Assembly: GCA_963676915.2 (NCBI GenBank) | Contig: CAXXVK010000024.1 | Coordinates: 1 to 64,000 of the forward strand | Origin: Myxococcota bacterium | GTDB taxonomy: Bacteria; Myxococcota_A; SURF-8; G963663525 | Reading direction: 5' to 3' | DNA length: 64,000 nucleotides | In this document: one piece after another, positions 1-10,251 of the stretch | How the letters are laid out: each line of letters opens with the position of its first letter | Position numbering within the stretch: position 1 is the first letter of the stretch | Position numbers and translations under genes: made by a program | The notes under the pieces: model-generated | Database searches by the model: none | Told to the model about the DNA's origin: nothing | Seen by the model: the letters and a program-made list of their open reading frames with translations, nothing else

Positions 1-142
1 GAATCCGCATCCGTCCAAGTTTGTCTTCATCCACCATGCGCAAAAAGGCGGCGCACCCGTGTCCCGCACCTACGATTCCTGCCTTGAACGGCTCACGCAT
101 CATGTATTCTTCGATTCTGTTTTTCGAAGGGTTGGAACTCAT
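1..142 (-). CDS. 5' part of a protein with an N-terminal Rossmann-like (GxGxxG-type) motif; runs off the window start
   Basis: Manual translation from ATG at 142: MSSNPSKNRIEEYMMREPFKAGIVGAGHGCAAFLRMVDEDKLGRMRI; GGGGGAAAG RBS-like upstream; starts 16 nt after the stop of the preceding minus-strand gene. Confidence 0.6.
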   Translation of the reverse strand, partial: MSSNPSKNRIEEYMMREPFKAGIVGAGHGCAAFLRMVDEDKLGRMRI

Positions 143-158
143 CAGACTTTCCCCCATC

Positions 159-1310
159 TCAGTTTCCGGAAAAACGTACGAGCACATCACCGTAGATCGC
201 CGTAACGATCATACCTAAAAACAAAAAAGGTGCAAAAGGCATGGTGTTTTCCACCTCGATCGTCTCCGGTGCGTCCTCCACCTGGTAGGCTTCCTGAATG
301 CGTCGCCACTGCTCGTCCGTAGCGCCGTCGATGCTGAATTCCTTTAGTTCGTCTTCACCGAACACGCGCTGATCTCGCAACCATTCCATTGTCTTTTCAG
401 ACACATACATGCGTGGCTCGAATTCGTCGATGGGGATTTTTCGCACCTCGACCAACGAAGACCAATACGTGTAAATCTGTCGAAAGACGATTACCGAAAT
501 GGATAGCGCACCCATGTTGATCATGTGCCAGGCTGTCTGTCCCGTCGGGTCTTGCCACAACACCCAACCCAGATAGCCGCCGACTCCCAACAGAACAGCG
601 AGGAAAATCCAGAAATTCTCCAGCAAGGCGTGCAACGGGCGAAACATCAGGAACAGCAACAGAAAGAGCGTCGTCCTATCGAGTGGCACGATAGGTTCCA
701 ATTCGGCTTGCATTCCCCGTCGCGCCAAACGAATGGCAATCAATAGGAAAACAAAACCGAAAAAGATCTTTACGGTGACACCGATTTTCGAACGAAGATT
801 CTTGCGAAACTCGGTCCAATCCACGCCAAAAGATTCGCCTTTGATTTTTCGAGACAAAAGCGAGCCGGTCACACGAAAAAGCCGATGAATGAAATCGAGG
901 CTGATGTAGCCGAAAGCAATGACGTAGGCATTGATCATCATCGTCAGGGCGACAATGTAGCCCAGACGGTCATCGTAATACAGCACAAGCGGTAAAAGCA
1001 GCACGTAAACCGTGAACATTTTGGCGTCTGCCGCCGCCCAGACGTTGATCCACCACAGCACGAAACTGACCACAAGGGTCAGCAACACCGTAACAAGGAT
1101 TTTCGGCGCAACGCGCAAAACGAGATCCCAGCCTTCCAGGTAGATAAAATGAAAAGCCGCGACCAGCGCAAGCCAGCCCAGTCCTACTCCCAGACCCGTC
1201 AAAACGTGCCGATTGTATATTTTTCCTTCCCGCCAGTCCTGAACCGAAGTCACGATTCCAAGGTACACGGCGGGAAGGAGAATCAGGTAATAGACCAGAC
1301 CGCTACGCAT
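159..1310 (-). CDS. A24 (prepilin/preflagellin peptidase)-like polytopic membrane aspartyl peptidase
   Basis: GIVTSVQDWREGKIYN (first Asp), WAAADAKMF (variant of GGGDxK), C-terminal MPFAPFLFLG; start placed at the ATG overlapping the upstream stop (GTGATG at 1308-1313) rather than 1445. Confidence 0.7.
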   Translation of the reverse strand: MRSGLVYYLILLPAVYLGIVTSVQDWREGKIYNRHVLTGLGVGLGWLALVAAFHFIYLEGWDLVLRVAPKILVTVLLTLVVSFVLWWINVWAAADAKMFTVYVLLLPLVLYYDDRLGYIVALTMMINAYVIAFGYISLDFIHRLFRVTGSLLSRKIKGESFGVDWTEFRKNLRSKIGVTVKIFFGFVFLLIAIRLARRGMQAELEPIVPLDRTTLFLLLFLMFRPLHALLENFWIFLAVLLGVGGYLGWVLWQDPTGQTAWHMINMGALSISVIVFRQIYTYWSSLVEVRKIPIDEFEPRMYVSEKTMEWLRDQRVFGEDELKEFSIDGATDEQWRRIQEAYQVEDAPETIEVENTMPFAPFLFLGMIVTAIYGDVLVRFSGN

Positions 1311-3406
1311 CACGTCCTTTCGAGTACGATCCGTGCATCCAGTGCCACGCACCCCTTGCCATCGGGCCGTACCCGTATGGGGTTGGCGTCGAATTCGAGA
1401 ATCTCGGGGAAATCGAGCATCAAACGAGACGCCCTCATGATGCAATCCACGAAGGCATTGACATCATAGGGTGTTTGGCCACGCACACCCCGAAGAATCG
1501 GGCTGATGACCAGATCGTCCACCATCTGACAGGCTTCGTCACGGCTAAATGGGACGACCCTGATGGAAACGTTGCGGAAAACCTCGACGTATACGCCACC
1601 GATACCCACCATCAACGCCGGTCCGAACAGACGATCCTTTTTGCCGCCAAGAATCATCTCCGCGCCGCCTTTGGCCATCGGCTGCACCATCATTCCCTCG
1701 ATATGGGCGTTCGGCACCGAACGAAGGATCGAATCGTACATTTCGTTCCAGGCTTTGCGTACACCTCGTTCGGATTTGAGGTTGATCTGCACACCACCTA
1801 AATCGGATTTGTGGGAAACTTCCGGTGCAATGATCTTCAAAACAACCGGATACCCGTGCTTTTCCGCAAGTTCCACGGCTTCGTCTTCGGTTTGAGCATA
1901 TCCCGAAGGCAACGTAGGCAAGCCGTACGCTTCGAAAATCTCAAGCGCTTCGTCCAGCAAAGGATCGCGGTCTTTTTCTTTACAGCTATCGATTATCGCC
2001 CGCGCCCGCTCGTGATCCAGTTCCATTTCAATCGTCGGAGGCGTCTCGACCATACTTTCCCGCTCCCTAAAATCCCGAACCATGGCGATAGAACGAATCG
2101 CATCCTCAACGTCGGTAAATACGGGGAATTCCAGGTCGTGTTTCAAGGCCGCAATTTCACTGTGGTCCGTGGCAACATAGACCGTCAGCGGCTTGCCGAT
2201 CTCCTTGGCTTTGTGCATCACGCCATTGATCAACTGACGAGAGGCGTCCCCTTCCGTCTGTGATAGATAGGTGTGCAAAAATACGACGCCGTCAACGTTG
2301 GGTTCTTTCAGCGTCCGAGTGATGATGTTGTCATAGACCTCCATGTCGAACAAATCGCCGAGATCCAACGGGTTGCTCAGTTTGATGACGCTTGCACGGA
2401 AATTGCTCTCGATTTCTTTAATAAATTGCTCGTCGAAAGGAGCCAGCGAAAACCCCTGCTGCTCGCATTCGTCGGCGGCGATAACCGCATGACCGCCGGA
2501 TCGTGAAATAACGCCCAAACGATTGCCTTTGATCGACGGCAAGGGCAGTGCTTTCAAATAATTAACCAGTTGCTCAGGTTCGTAAAACCTTGCGATGCCA
2601 CACTGTTTCAGCGCCGCATCGGTGATGTCGTCGTCTCCGCTGAGAGAAGCGGTATGCGAGGCGGCAATGCGTTTACCCAATTCACCGGTGTTGGATTTAT
2701 GCAACAAGATCGGCTTTTTCGAGCGCCTGGCGATATCCATCAGCCGTTTGCCGTCGCTGATCGCTTCGAGGTACATACAAATGATTTCGGTGTTTTCCTC
2801 TTCGATGAAATGTTCCAAGAGGTCGTTTTCATCGACATTCATCTTGTTGCCGACGGAGGCAAAGCAGTTGAGACCGATAGATTCAGAGGCCAGTTCGTTG
2901 AGATAGGAGATTCCAACACCGCCGGACTGAGAAATGATCGTCACGCCACCTTTCCGGTAGACGTTCTTCATATAGGTAAATGGTACGGCAAGCCCGTTGT
3001 GGCGATTGATTACGCCAATGCAGTTGGGACCGATGAAACGGATGTCGTTTTTCTTCGCCACGCGAATGACTTCTGCGGCTATGGCAGCACCATCCTCGCC
3101 TTTTTCCGTAAATCCGGCGGTTTCGATAATCGCTCGTTTGACGCCTTTTTCGCCAAGTTCTTCCATGATTGCCGGTACCGTCGCGGCAGGCGTAAGAATC
3201 ACCGCCAAATCGATTCTGTCGGGGATATCCACAACCGATCGGTAAATCCGCCGTCCGAATTGAACTCCGCCTTTGGGACCGACAAGGTAATAAATCCCCT
3301 GAAAATCGAATTCGACGAGATTGCGAACAATCTGTCGCGCCAAATTGTTTTCTCTCGGAGATACTCCGATTACGGCCACGCTTTTCGGATAGAAAAAGTC
3401 ACGCAT
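1310..3406 (-). CDS. Acetate/acyl-CoA ligase (ADP-forming), fused alpha-beta
   Basis: PKSVAVIGVS CoA-binding N-terminus, GPNCIG, SQSGG, ASHTASL phospho-His, NPLDL, ATP-grasp HKSDLGGV, ALDARIVL. Confidence 0.93.
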   Translation of the reverse strand: MRDFFYPKSVAVIGVSPRENNLARQIVRNLVEFDFQGIYYLVGPKGGVQFGRRIYRSVVDIPDRIDLAVILTPAATVPAIMEELGEKGVKRAIIETAGFTEKGEDGAAIAAEVIRVAKKNDIRFIGPNCIGVINRHNGLAVPFTYMKNVYRKGGVTIISQSGGVGISYLNELASESIGLNCFASVGNKMNVDENDLLEHFIEEENTEIICMYLEAISDGKRLMDIARRSKKPILLHKSNTGELGKRIAASHTASLSGDDDITDAALKQCGIARFYEPEQLVNYLKALPLPSIKGNRLGVISRSGGHAVIAADECEQQGFSLAPFDEQFIKEIESNFRASVIKLSNPLDLGDLFDMEVYDNIITRTLKEPNVDGVVFLHTYLSQTEGDASRQLINGVMHKAKEIGKPLTVYVATDHSEIAALKHDLEFPVFTDVEDAIRSIAMVRDFRERESMVETPPTIEMELDHERARAIIDSCKEKDRDPLLDEALEIFEAYGLPTLPSGYAQTEDEAVELAEKHGYPVVLKIIAPEVSHKSDLGGVQINLKSERGVRKAWNEMYDSILRSVPNAHIEGMMVQPMAKGGAEMILGGKKDRLFGPALMVGIGGVYVEVFRNVSIRVVPFSRDEACQMVDDLVISPILRGVRGQTPYDVNAFVDCIMRASRLMLDFPEILEFDANPIRVRPDGKGCVALDARIVLERT

Positions 3407-3877
3407 CTTGTCACCTCACAATCTTCACTTCAGAATGGATAAACGTGATTCCTTCCGCGATGAAAAAAACAAAAGGTCCGTTGATTCGAAACCTTTTATC
3501 TTATCCTCACTTCATTCAAGCCCGCTTCGTCACGAATGTCAATCGACAATTGCCGGGCGAGCGGGAATCGTCTTTCACACGATTTCTTTGAAAAAAGCAA
3601 GGGCAGAAACAAGAAAATGACGCATCTTGTCATAAATGAGTCATTTTTTGACGAAAATGCATAAAAACCACTGAAAAAATGGAAAATATTGCCTAATTGA
3701 AAACGAGTTACGGAAGACTTCAGCATCATTTTTGGTAAATTGTTTCGAACTTGGAGAAGAATCATTTCGTATTCACGCTCTTTCCAAGAAAACTTGGCTC
3801 GGAATCTGGCATGCCAAGCATGAATTGGGTATAGTGCTTTCCCTGAATTGCAATCCGGCCTTGGAGGAGAGACCCCG

Positions 3878-5815
3878 ATGGACAAGCATTTTACCGTCAC
3901 CACCCCGATTTACTATGTCAACGACAAGCCGCATATCGGCCATGCCTATACCACGATCGCCTGCGACGTCTTCGCACGCCACCATAGGGATCGAGGGTTT
4001 CCGACCTATTTTCAGACCGGCACCGACGAGCACGGGCAGAAGGTCGAGGAATCTGCCAAGAAAAACGGCGAAACCCCGAAAGAACTTGCCGATCGAGTGG
4101 TGAAACATTTCGAAGACAATTGGAAAATGCTCAATATTTCCAACGATCACTTCATTCGCACCACCCACGATTACCACGAAAACGTGGTGCAGGATCTTTG
4201 GAAGAAAATGGCCGACAACGGGGACATCTACCTCGGTCAGTACGAAAACATGTACTGCGTCGCCTGCGAAACGTTCTGGCCGGAAAATCAGCTTCATGAA
4301 GGCAATCTCTGCCCGAACGAATGGTGCCACCGCCCCGTGGAAAAACACAGCGAACCCAGTTACTTTTTCAAGCTTTCGGCCTATCAGGACAAGTTGCTTG
4401 AACTGTACGAAAAACAACCGGACTTCGTGCTTCCCGATTTTCGTATGAACGAAGTACGGTCCTTCGTCGAGCGCGGTTTGCACGATCTTTCGATCAGCCG
4501 TACATCGTTTAACTGGGGAATTCCCGTACCGGGTGATGACAAGCACGTCATCTACGTCTGGGTGGATGCCTTGATCAACTACGTTTCCGGTGCCGGGTAT
4601 CTGTTCAACCAGGAAAATTACGACAAACGCTGGCCAGCCACCGCGCATATCGTCGGCAAGGATATTATCGTATTCCACGCCGTGTACTGGCCCGCGTTCC
4701 TCATGTCCGCCGGTCTGCCCCTACCCGAGCATGTTTACGCCCACGGTTTCTGGAACTCCGAAGGCGAAAAGATGTCCAAAACGCGAGGTAACGTGGTCGA
4801 TCCGCGAGAAGCCATTGCCACGTACGGCCTCGATCCTTTCCGATATTACCTGATGCGCGAAGTTCCTTTCGGTCTGGACGGCGATTTCCGTAAAGAAAAC
4901 ATGGTCAACCGCTACAATTCGGAACTGGCCAATGATCTGGGAAATACCCTTAGCCGTACGCTGGCCATGACGGACAAATACCTGGACGGCACCCTACCCG
5001 CCCCAACCGATGGACAGCGTTTCGGACTCAGAGAAGCTGCGAAGACCTGCCAAAAGGAAGTGGCGAACTACATCGAAACGTTCAAGCCGCAAAAAGCGTT
5101 GGAAGCCGTGCGCATCCTGATCGACGTGGCGAATAAGACCATCGTCCAGCAAGAACCCTGGAACATGGCGAAAGATCCTGAAAAAGCAGGAGATCTTTCC
5201 ACATTGTTGTACGACCTGCTCGAAGTCCTGCGGCGTGTTTCGGTGTTCCTGCATCCGTTCATGCCCGAAACCACAGAGAAAATTCAGCTTCAACTCGGAC
5301 TGGATATCCCCGACTTTTCCTGGAATACCCTGGAAGGCTGGCAAGGACTGCCGGAAGGCACCCGAACCCGACGGGGCGATGCGATCTTCCCAAGGCTCGA
5401 CGCGAAAAAGCTTCAAGAACTGGAAGAAAAAGCGAAAAAAGCTCAACCCGCTCCTGCCAAGGAAGAAAAGGAAGTCGAAGGACTGGCCGCTATCGAATAC
5501 GAAGATTTCTCCAAGGTCGAACTGAAAGTAGGTGAAATCCTTGAAGCCGAAAAAGTCAAAAAAGCCGATAGATTACTGAAGCTTAGTGTAAACACCGGTG
5601 AAGCGGAACCCCGCACCATCGTGGCCGGTATCGCCGAGCACTACGCCCCCGAAGCTCTGATCGGCAAAAAGGTTGTGGTCGTCGCCAATCTGCAACCGCG
5701 CAAACTCAGAGGAATTCTCTCCCACGGAATGCTGCTGGCGGCTAAAAATGAAGGAAAACTAACGGTTTTGACCATCGACGATGCTACGTTACCGGGCGGC
5801 TCCAAGGTAAGTTGA
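3878..5815 (+). CDS. metG: Methionyl-tRNA synthetase
   Basis: HIGH (PHIGHAY), KMSKT, zinc knuckle CVAC..CPNEWC, C-terminal tRNA-binding domain; GGAGGAG RBS before ATG 3878. Confidence 0.98.
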   Translation: MDKHFTVTTPIYYVNDKPHIGHAYTTIACDVFARHHRDRGFPTYFQTGTDEHGQKVEESAKKNGETPKELADRVVKHFEDNWKMLNISNDHFIRTTHDYHENVVQDLWKKMADNGDIYLGQYENMYCVACETFWPENQLHEGNLCPNEWCHRPVEKHSEPSYFFKLSAYQDKLLELYEKQPDFVLPDFRMNEVRSFVERGLHDLSISRTSFNWGIPVPGDDKHVIYVWVDALINYVSGAGYLFNQENYDKRWPATAHIVGKDIIVFHAVYWPAFLMSAGLPLPEHVYAHGFWNSEGEKMSKTRGNVVDPREAIATYGLDPFRYYLMREVPFGLDGDFRKENMVNRYNSELANDLGNTLSRTLAMTDKYLDGTLPAPTDGQRFGLREAAKTCQKEVANYIETFKPQKALEAVRILIDVANKTIVQQEPWNMAKDPEKAGDLSTLLYDLLEVLRRVSVFLHPFMPETTEKIQLQLGLDIPDFSWNTLEGWQGLPEGTRTRRGDAIFPRLDAKKLQELEEKAKKAQPAPAKEEKEVEGLAAIEYEDFSKVELKVGEILEAEKVKKADRLLKLSVNTGEAEPRTIVAGIAEHYAPEALIGKKVVVVANLQPRKLRGILSHGMLLAAKNEGKLTVLTIDDATLPGGSKVS

Positions 5816-6480
5816 TCGTGAACGATCTGCTCCAAGTGGAGAATCTCGCCGTGACGGCGGGAAGCAAATCTTTGCTGGAAGGCTTGGCCTTCTCTCTCTT
5901 GGCTGGGGAACGTATCGGTTTGCAAGGACCATCCGGCTGCGGAAAAACCACGTTGCTTCGAACGATCTGCGGGTTGACCGATCCTGCGGACGGAACCATC
6001 CGACTGAACGGAAAAACCGCACAGGAAATAGGCTGGCCCAGCTTTCGCCGTCAGGTTGTTTTCGTGGCACAGCAACCCTATTTGTTTCAGGGAACCGTAC
6101 GGGAAAATCTGGAAAAGCCATTCCGGTACAAGCACGGAAGCAAGAATTCTCCTTGGGATAAGATCTCAGAATGGCTGGAGATTTTCCACTTACAAGCATC
6201 CATTCTGAAAGAGGAAGCTCCCAAACTGTCACAGGGCGAAAAGCAACGTGTAGGGCTTGTCCGTGCTCTGTCGCTCGAACCGAAAGTTCTGCTATTGGAT
6301 GAACCTACCAGCGCTCTCGACCCGGACGCTGCTTCCTCCGTCGAAAAAACCGTACGGGAACTTTGCGAACAAAAAGGGCTGGCGGCACTTGTCGTCACCC
6401 ACGACCCGGACCAATTGCAGCGTTGGTGCAACCGGCGGATTACATTGACGGATTTCCTCTACAAAGGGGAAAAATCATGA
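5812..6480 (+). CDS. ABC transporter ATP-binding protein, FetA/YbbL-like
   Basis: Walker A GPSGCGKT, LSQGEKQR, LLLDEPTSALD; overlaps the metG stop. Confidence 0.88.
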   Translation: MIVNDLLQVENLAVTAGSKSLLEGLAFSLLAGERIGLQGPSGCGKTTLLRTICGLTDPADGTIRLNGKTAQEIGWPSFRRQVVFVAQQPYLFQGTVRENLEKPFRYKHGSKNSPWDKISEWLEIFHLQASILKEEAPKLSQGEKQRVGLVRALSLEPKVLLLDEPTSALDPDAASSVEKTVRELCEQKGLAALVVTHDPDQLQRWCNRRITLTDFLYKGEKS

Positions 6481-7289
6481 ACGAATCGGTATCCAGCTCG
6501 GTTATCCACATCGATACGATTCGTCTTATGCTGGCGACTTTTCTTGTCGTTATCGCCGGTATCGTCAGCTTGGGATTCCGTCTGAAAATGGAAAAACGGC
6601 TGGCCATCGCCGCCGTTCGCACCGTGGTGCAATTGATGATCATCGGTGTATTGCTTCGTACGATTTTCCAACTGGACAACGTTTGGGGCATTCTCGGACT
6701 GGCTACGCTGATGACGTTTATCGCCGGAGGTGCCGCCGTTGGCAGGTTGAGCCTCCAAACCGATGGTCTACGTAAAATTACTTTCCTCACGCTGTTTGTT
6801 TGCGGACTGGCAACAACCTTTTTCGTAACGAAAATCGTCGTCGGGGTGCAGCCTTGGTATCGTCCACAATACCTGATTCCGATTCTCGGCATGATTTTGG
6901 GAAATAGCCTGACAGGGTTGTCGCTTTGCATGGATTCCCTGATGAAATCCTTCGTCGAGCATCGTCACGAAATCGAAACGGAACTGGCATTAGGCGCTAC
7001 ATCCTGGGAGGCAGCACGTCCCGCTGTACGCGATGCGGTCCGAAAAGGTATGGTTCCTATTGTCAACTCGATGACGGTGGTTGGATTGGTATCCATTCCC
7101 GGTATGATGACCGGACAGATTCTTTCGGGCACCGATCCGTATGAAGCCGTAAAATATCAAATCGTCGTCATGTTCATGCTCGCCGCATCGGTGTCGTTGT
7201 CCTCGATGGGGATTTCAAGCCTGATGTATAGGAAATTTTTCAACGCTCGCCACCAGCTTCGCGATCTTCCCGTCAAAAAAGGGGAATAA
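6477..7289 (+). CDS. fetB: ABC permease, FetB/YbbM (UPF0014) family
   Basis: AAVRTVVQL, PQYLIPILGMILGN, VGLVSIPGMMTGQILSG, AVKYQIVVMF; ATGA overlap with the ATPase gene. Confidence 0.9.
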   Translation: MNESVSSSVIHIDTIRLMLATFLVVIAGIVSLGFRLKMEKRLAIAAVRTVVQLMIIGVLLRTIFQLDNVWGILGLATLMTFIAGGAAVGRLSLQTDGLRKITFLTLFVCGLATTFFVTKIVVGVQPWYRPQYLIPILGMILGNSLTGLSLCMDSLMKSFVEHRHEIETELALGATSWEAARPAVRDAVRKGMVPIVNSMTVVGLVSIPGMMTGQILSGTDPYEAVKYQIVVMFMLAASVSLSSMGISSLMYRKFFNARHQLRDLPVKKGE

Positions 7290-7359
7290 GTTCCTTCTTT
7301 TTTGGGTTATTGGGGGTGTAACTTCTGGTAACGAGTGTTTTTCATCGACAGGTCAATCC

Positions 7360-8154
7360 ATGTTTTCTCTGGTTTCGTTTGTATCTTCTCGATTTTCCAC
7401 GATATTTTCCGTCGCCTCCTTGGTTTTTCTTTTGACGGCTTGCTCCGAGCCTTCGGAATCGCCCACGAAAAAACCTTCAGAGAATCAAGAAACAGGCGCT
7501 CCCAGCGTCTCGAAAAAGCCATCCAAACCGACTTTGAGTCTGAGCGAACGCGCCAAAAAACGAATTTTGCAAAAAGAACGGGAAAAACGAGAAAACACTC
7601 CCCCCAAACCTGCTCCCGTTCAAACGGATGATAGCTCTTTCGATGAACGGGTAAAAAAACACGGAATGAATGCCGTAGTGCGTCCCAAACGGGCGTTTTC
7701 TAGAAAACCTATCGTTTTGCCGATTCCTTCGAAAACCAACGATGCAGATCATCCGGTAGCGCTGGAGTTTCGACAGATCAAAGCGAATTACCAGTATTTT
7801 GTCGTCAAAGGCTCGTTTCACCCGGAAGGTTTGCCCCGACTCAACGGTGCGGTGGTTGAAATCAAGGGAGCGATCATGCCCATCGATCCACCGGGCAAAG
7901 ACGGCAAAATGTCGCGTTTCTGGCTGGCGAATCCTTCGGTGGTTCAAGCGGGATGCGTGTTTTGCAATCCTCCCGGCCTGGACGATCTGATCTATGTCAC
8001 CGTTGAAGGAGATCCTTTGGAAGTCGATCGGGAGCGACTCTATCGCTCGGTATTGACGGGAAATCTTAAAGGACGGCTGACGATCCGTTCCACCCGTAGC
8101 CGAGACGGTTTCGAGTACCTGTTAGGGATCACAATGGACGATATCGAATTTTAG
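7360..8154 (+). CDS. Lipoprotein with DUF3299-like C-terminal domain
   Basis: Lipobox LLTAC; LNGAVVEIKGAIMP...F.L...GCVFCNPP..LIYV pattern. Confidence 0.65.
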   Translation: MFSLVSFVSSRFSTIFSVASLVFLLTACSEPSESPTKKPSENQETGAPSVSKKPSKPTLSLSERAKKRILQKEREKRENTPPKPAPVQTDDSSFDERVKKHGMNAVVRPKRAFSRKPIVLPIPSKTNDADHPVALEFRQIKANYQYFVVKGSFHPEGLPRLNGAVVEIKGAIMPIDPPGKDGKMSRFWLANPSVVQAGCVFCNPPGLDDLIYVTVEGDPLEVDRERLYRSVLTGNLKGRLTIRSTRSRDGFEYLLGITMDDIEF

Positions 8155-8244
8155 CTCCCCTTGTCGTGTGAAATAACGATAAAATAGACCACTTACCACC
8201 GTGGTCCAAGTACCCTTATTGAGTCTCTTCCCCTCCCCTTTCTT

Positions 8245-8260
8245 TTGCAATCGTTTGCAA
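8245..8260. promoter_or_regulatory. LacI-family-like palindromic operator upstream of the VWA gene
   Basis: TTGCAATCGTTTGCAA fits TGNAANCGNTTNCA. Confidence 0.35.
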
Positions 8261-8363
8261 TAAAGCAGACCGCTTCGCCCCTAGGAAAGCATCTGAACAA
8301 TATACCGGCCGGTATCGCATGAGCAATCGTTTAGCTACCGGACTCGCTCCGGAGGAGGTCATC

Positions 8364-10250
8364 ATGCTATCCCGTATCTCGACCGTTCTTGGTCTGACGC
8401 TGTTCGCCTCGCTGGCGTTCTTCCTACAGCCCCACAATGAAATCGAAGCCCGTCAAAAGGTTGAAAACGGTACAGGTGTCGGGCAAAAAGTCATTTTCAC
8501 CGATTGCCGCCTCCAACAGCAGGGCGAAGGAACCATGCAACTGCAACGAGCGTTTCATGGCAACCGCAAATCCCGTTCGTTCGCTCCCCCGATGCTGGGT
8601 GGCGGTGGACTATCCGGTGAAATGAAAAAAAATGCAGGCGCCATGCTGGACGGTGTATCTGCAGCTCCCGAAGCCGAAGCCTCAAGGCCGGCGCCTTCGG
8701 ACTCTACCGAGAAAGCCGCTCCCCAGCGTCCCACCGAGCAAGCCCCCATCGAGGAATATCCCGACCGGGGACAAACCATGTACCTGAGCAATGACGACTC
8801 GATGAGCCTTTCCTCGGCCCAACGGGTGGAATACGCTATTCAAAGGTTCCTGCCGATTCCGGCAGAGCACCTGCGTCCCCACGAATTCCTCAATTATTAC
8901 CGTTTCGAGACCGATCCGGTACGGCAGGGAGAGGATTTTTCCGTGCGCGCCTCCGCCGTGCCCGGCATTCGCAACGGAGAAGAAACCTTAGCCTTTTCGG
9001 TACGAGGACGTTCGGTCAGTAAAGAAGAACGCCGTCCCGCAACGATTACCTTCGTTCTCGATCAATCGGGTTCGATGTCCGGTTCGGACAAAATGTCCTA
9101 CCTGAAACGCGGAATGCATCGTGTTTTCAACGAGTTCAAAGAAGGCGATATCATCAATATCGTGCAGTTCAACCACGACATCTGCACGCCGCTGGAAGGT
9201 TTTCAAGTAGGGCGAGACGATCCGGCCTTGTACAACAAAGCCATCGACTACCTCGAATCGACCGGTTCCACCAACCTGCACAAAGGTCTGACCCAGGGCT
9301 ATGCTTTGTCCGAAAAATACTATCGCGGACAGGTCAACAACCGTGTGTTGATGATCACCGACGCCATGGCCAACACAGGTGTCACCGATGAAGAGATGAT
9401 GTCCACCGTCACCGGATACTATGACAAGCGAAAAATCGCCTTTAGCGGTGTGGGTGTCGGTTCGACTTTCAATGACAGGCTTTTGAACAAATTGACGGAA
9501 AAAGGCAAAGGAGCCTACCTCTTCCTGGCGACAGAATCCGCCATCGACAAGGTTTTCGGCGACCGCTTCGTCTCTCTGCTCGAAACCGTGGCAAGGGACG
9601 TTCATTTCAAAATGACACTGCCGCCCTCGCTGAGAATGAGAACCTTTTACGGAGAAGAATCGAGCGAGCGCAAGGAAGATGTGCAAGCCATCCACTATTT
9701 CGCCAACTCCGCTCAGTTATTCTTAAGCGATCTCGAACGGTTGAGAGAACCAAAACAACAGGAACGCATCGAGTTCGAGGTGGATTATGAAGACCCGCGA
9801 ACCGGTTTAAGGAAACAGAAAAACTTCGAATGGACGTGGGGTGATATCGCCAAGCGGCAATCTCCGACGATTCAAAAGGCCCGTACAATTCTGGCGTTCA
9901 CCGACCTGATGGGCGAAACCCATCCCAGGCTGCACCGAAGCTGGCCTTGCAAAGTCTGGACCTGCTACTACAAGCGGTATCCTGAACAGTTGGACCCGCA
10001 AACCGGAAAAGTCGCGACCCCAAACAAAAACGACAAAAAGCGCGTGATTCCGCCTCCTTACCCACCAACTCCGATGCCCAACCCGCAACCTTTCCCAACC
10101 TGGCGTTACGACAAGGAAAAGGGACGCAAAACCTGCGAATACTACAAGCAGGAAATCAACAAACTGGCATCGGGCATTCGGGAAGATGGAGAAGTCGAGC
10201 ATGTATTGGGGCTGGTAGATCGTTATTGCGCCCGATTCGAGGAGCGCTGA
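8364..10250 (+). CDS. Secreted von Willebrand factor A (YfbK-like) domain protein
   Basis: Signal peptide, LRPHEFLNYY (vWF_A), MIDAS DQSGSM, GSTNL, ITDAMAN; GGAGGAGG RBS before ATG 8364. Confidence 0.85.
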   Translation: MLSRISTVLGLTLFASLAFFLQPHNEIEARQKVENGTGVGQKVIFTDCRLQQQGEGTMQLQRAFHGNRKSRSFAPPMLGGGGLSGEMKKNAGAMLDGVSAAPEAEASRPAPSDSTEKAAPQRPTEQAPIEEYPDRGQTMYLSNDDSMSLSSAQRVEYAIQRFLPIPAEHLRPHEFLNYYRFETDPVRQGEDFSVRASAVPGIRNGEETLAFSVRGRSVSKEERRPATITFVLDQSGSMSGSDKMSYLKRGMHRVFNEFKEGDIINIVQFNHDICTPLEGFQVGRDDPALYNKAIDYLESTGSTNLHKGLTQGYALSEKYYRGQVNNRVLMITDAMANTGVTDEEMMSTVTGYYDKRKIAFSGVGVGSTFNDRLLNKLTEKGKGAYLFLATESAIDKVFGDRFVSLLETVARDVHFKMTLPPSLRMRTFYGEESSERKEDVQAIHYFANSAQLFLSDLERLREPKQQERIEFEVDYEDPRTGLRKQKNFEWTWGDIAKRQSPTIQKARTILAFTDLMGETHPRLHRSWPCKVWTCYYKRYPEQLDPQTGKVATPNKNDKKRVIPPPYPPTPMPNPQPFPTWRYDKEKGRKTCEYYKQEINKLASGIREDGEVEHVLGLVDRYCARFEER

Positions 10251-10251
10251 C

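Noticed and set aside
3407-3877. SAM riboswitch or T-box upstream of metG
   Set aside because: No conserved core sequences recognisable
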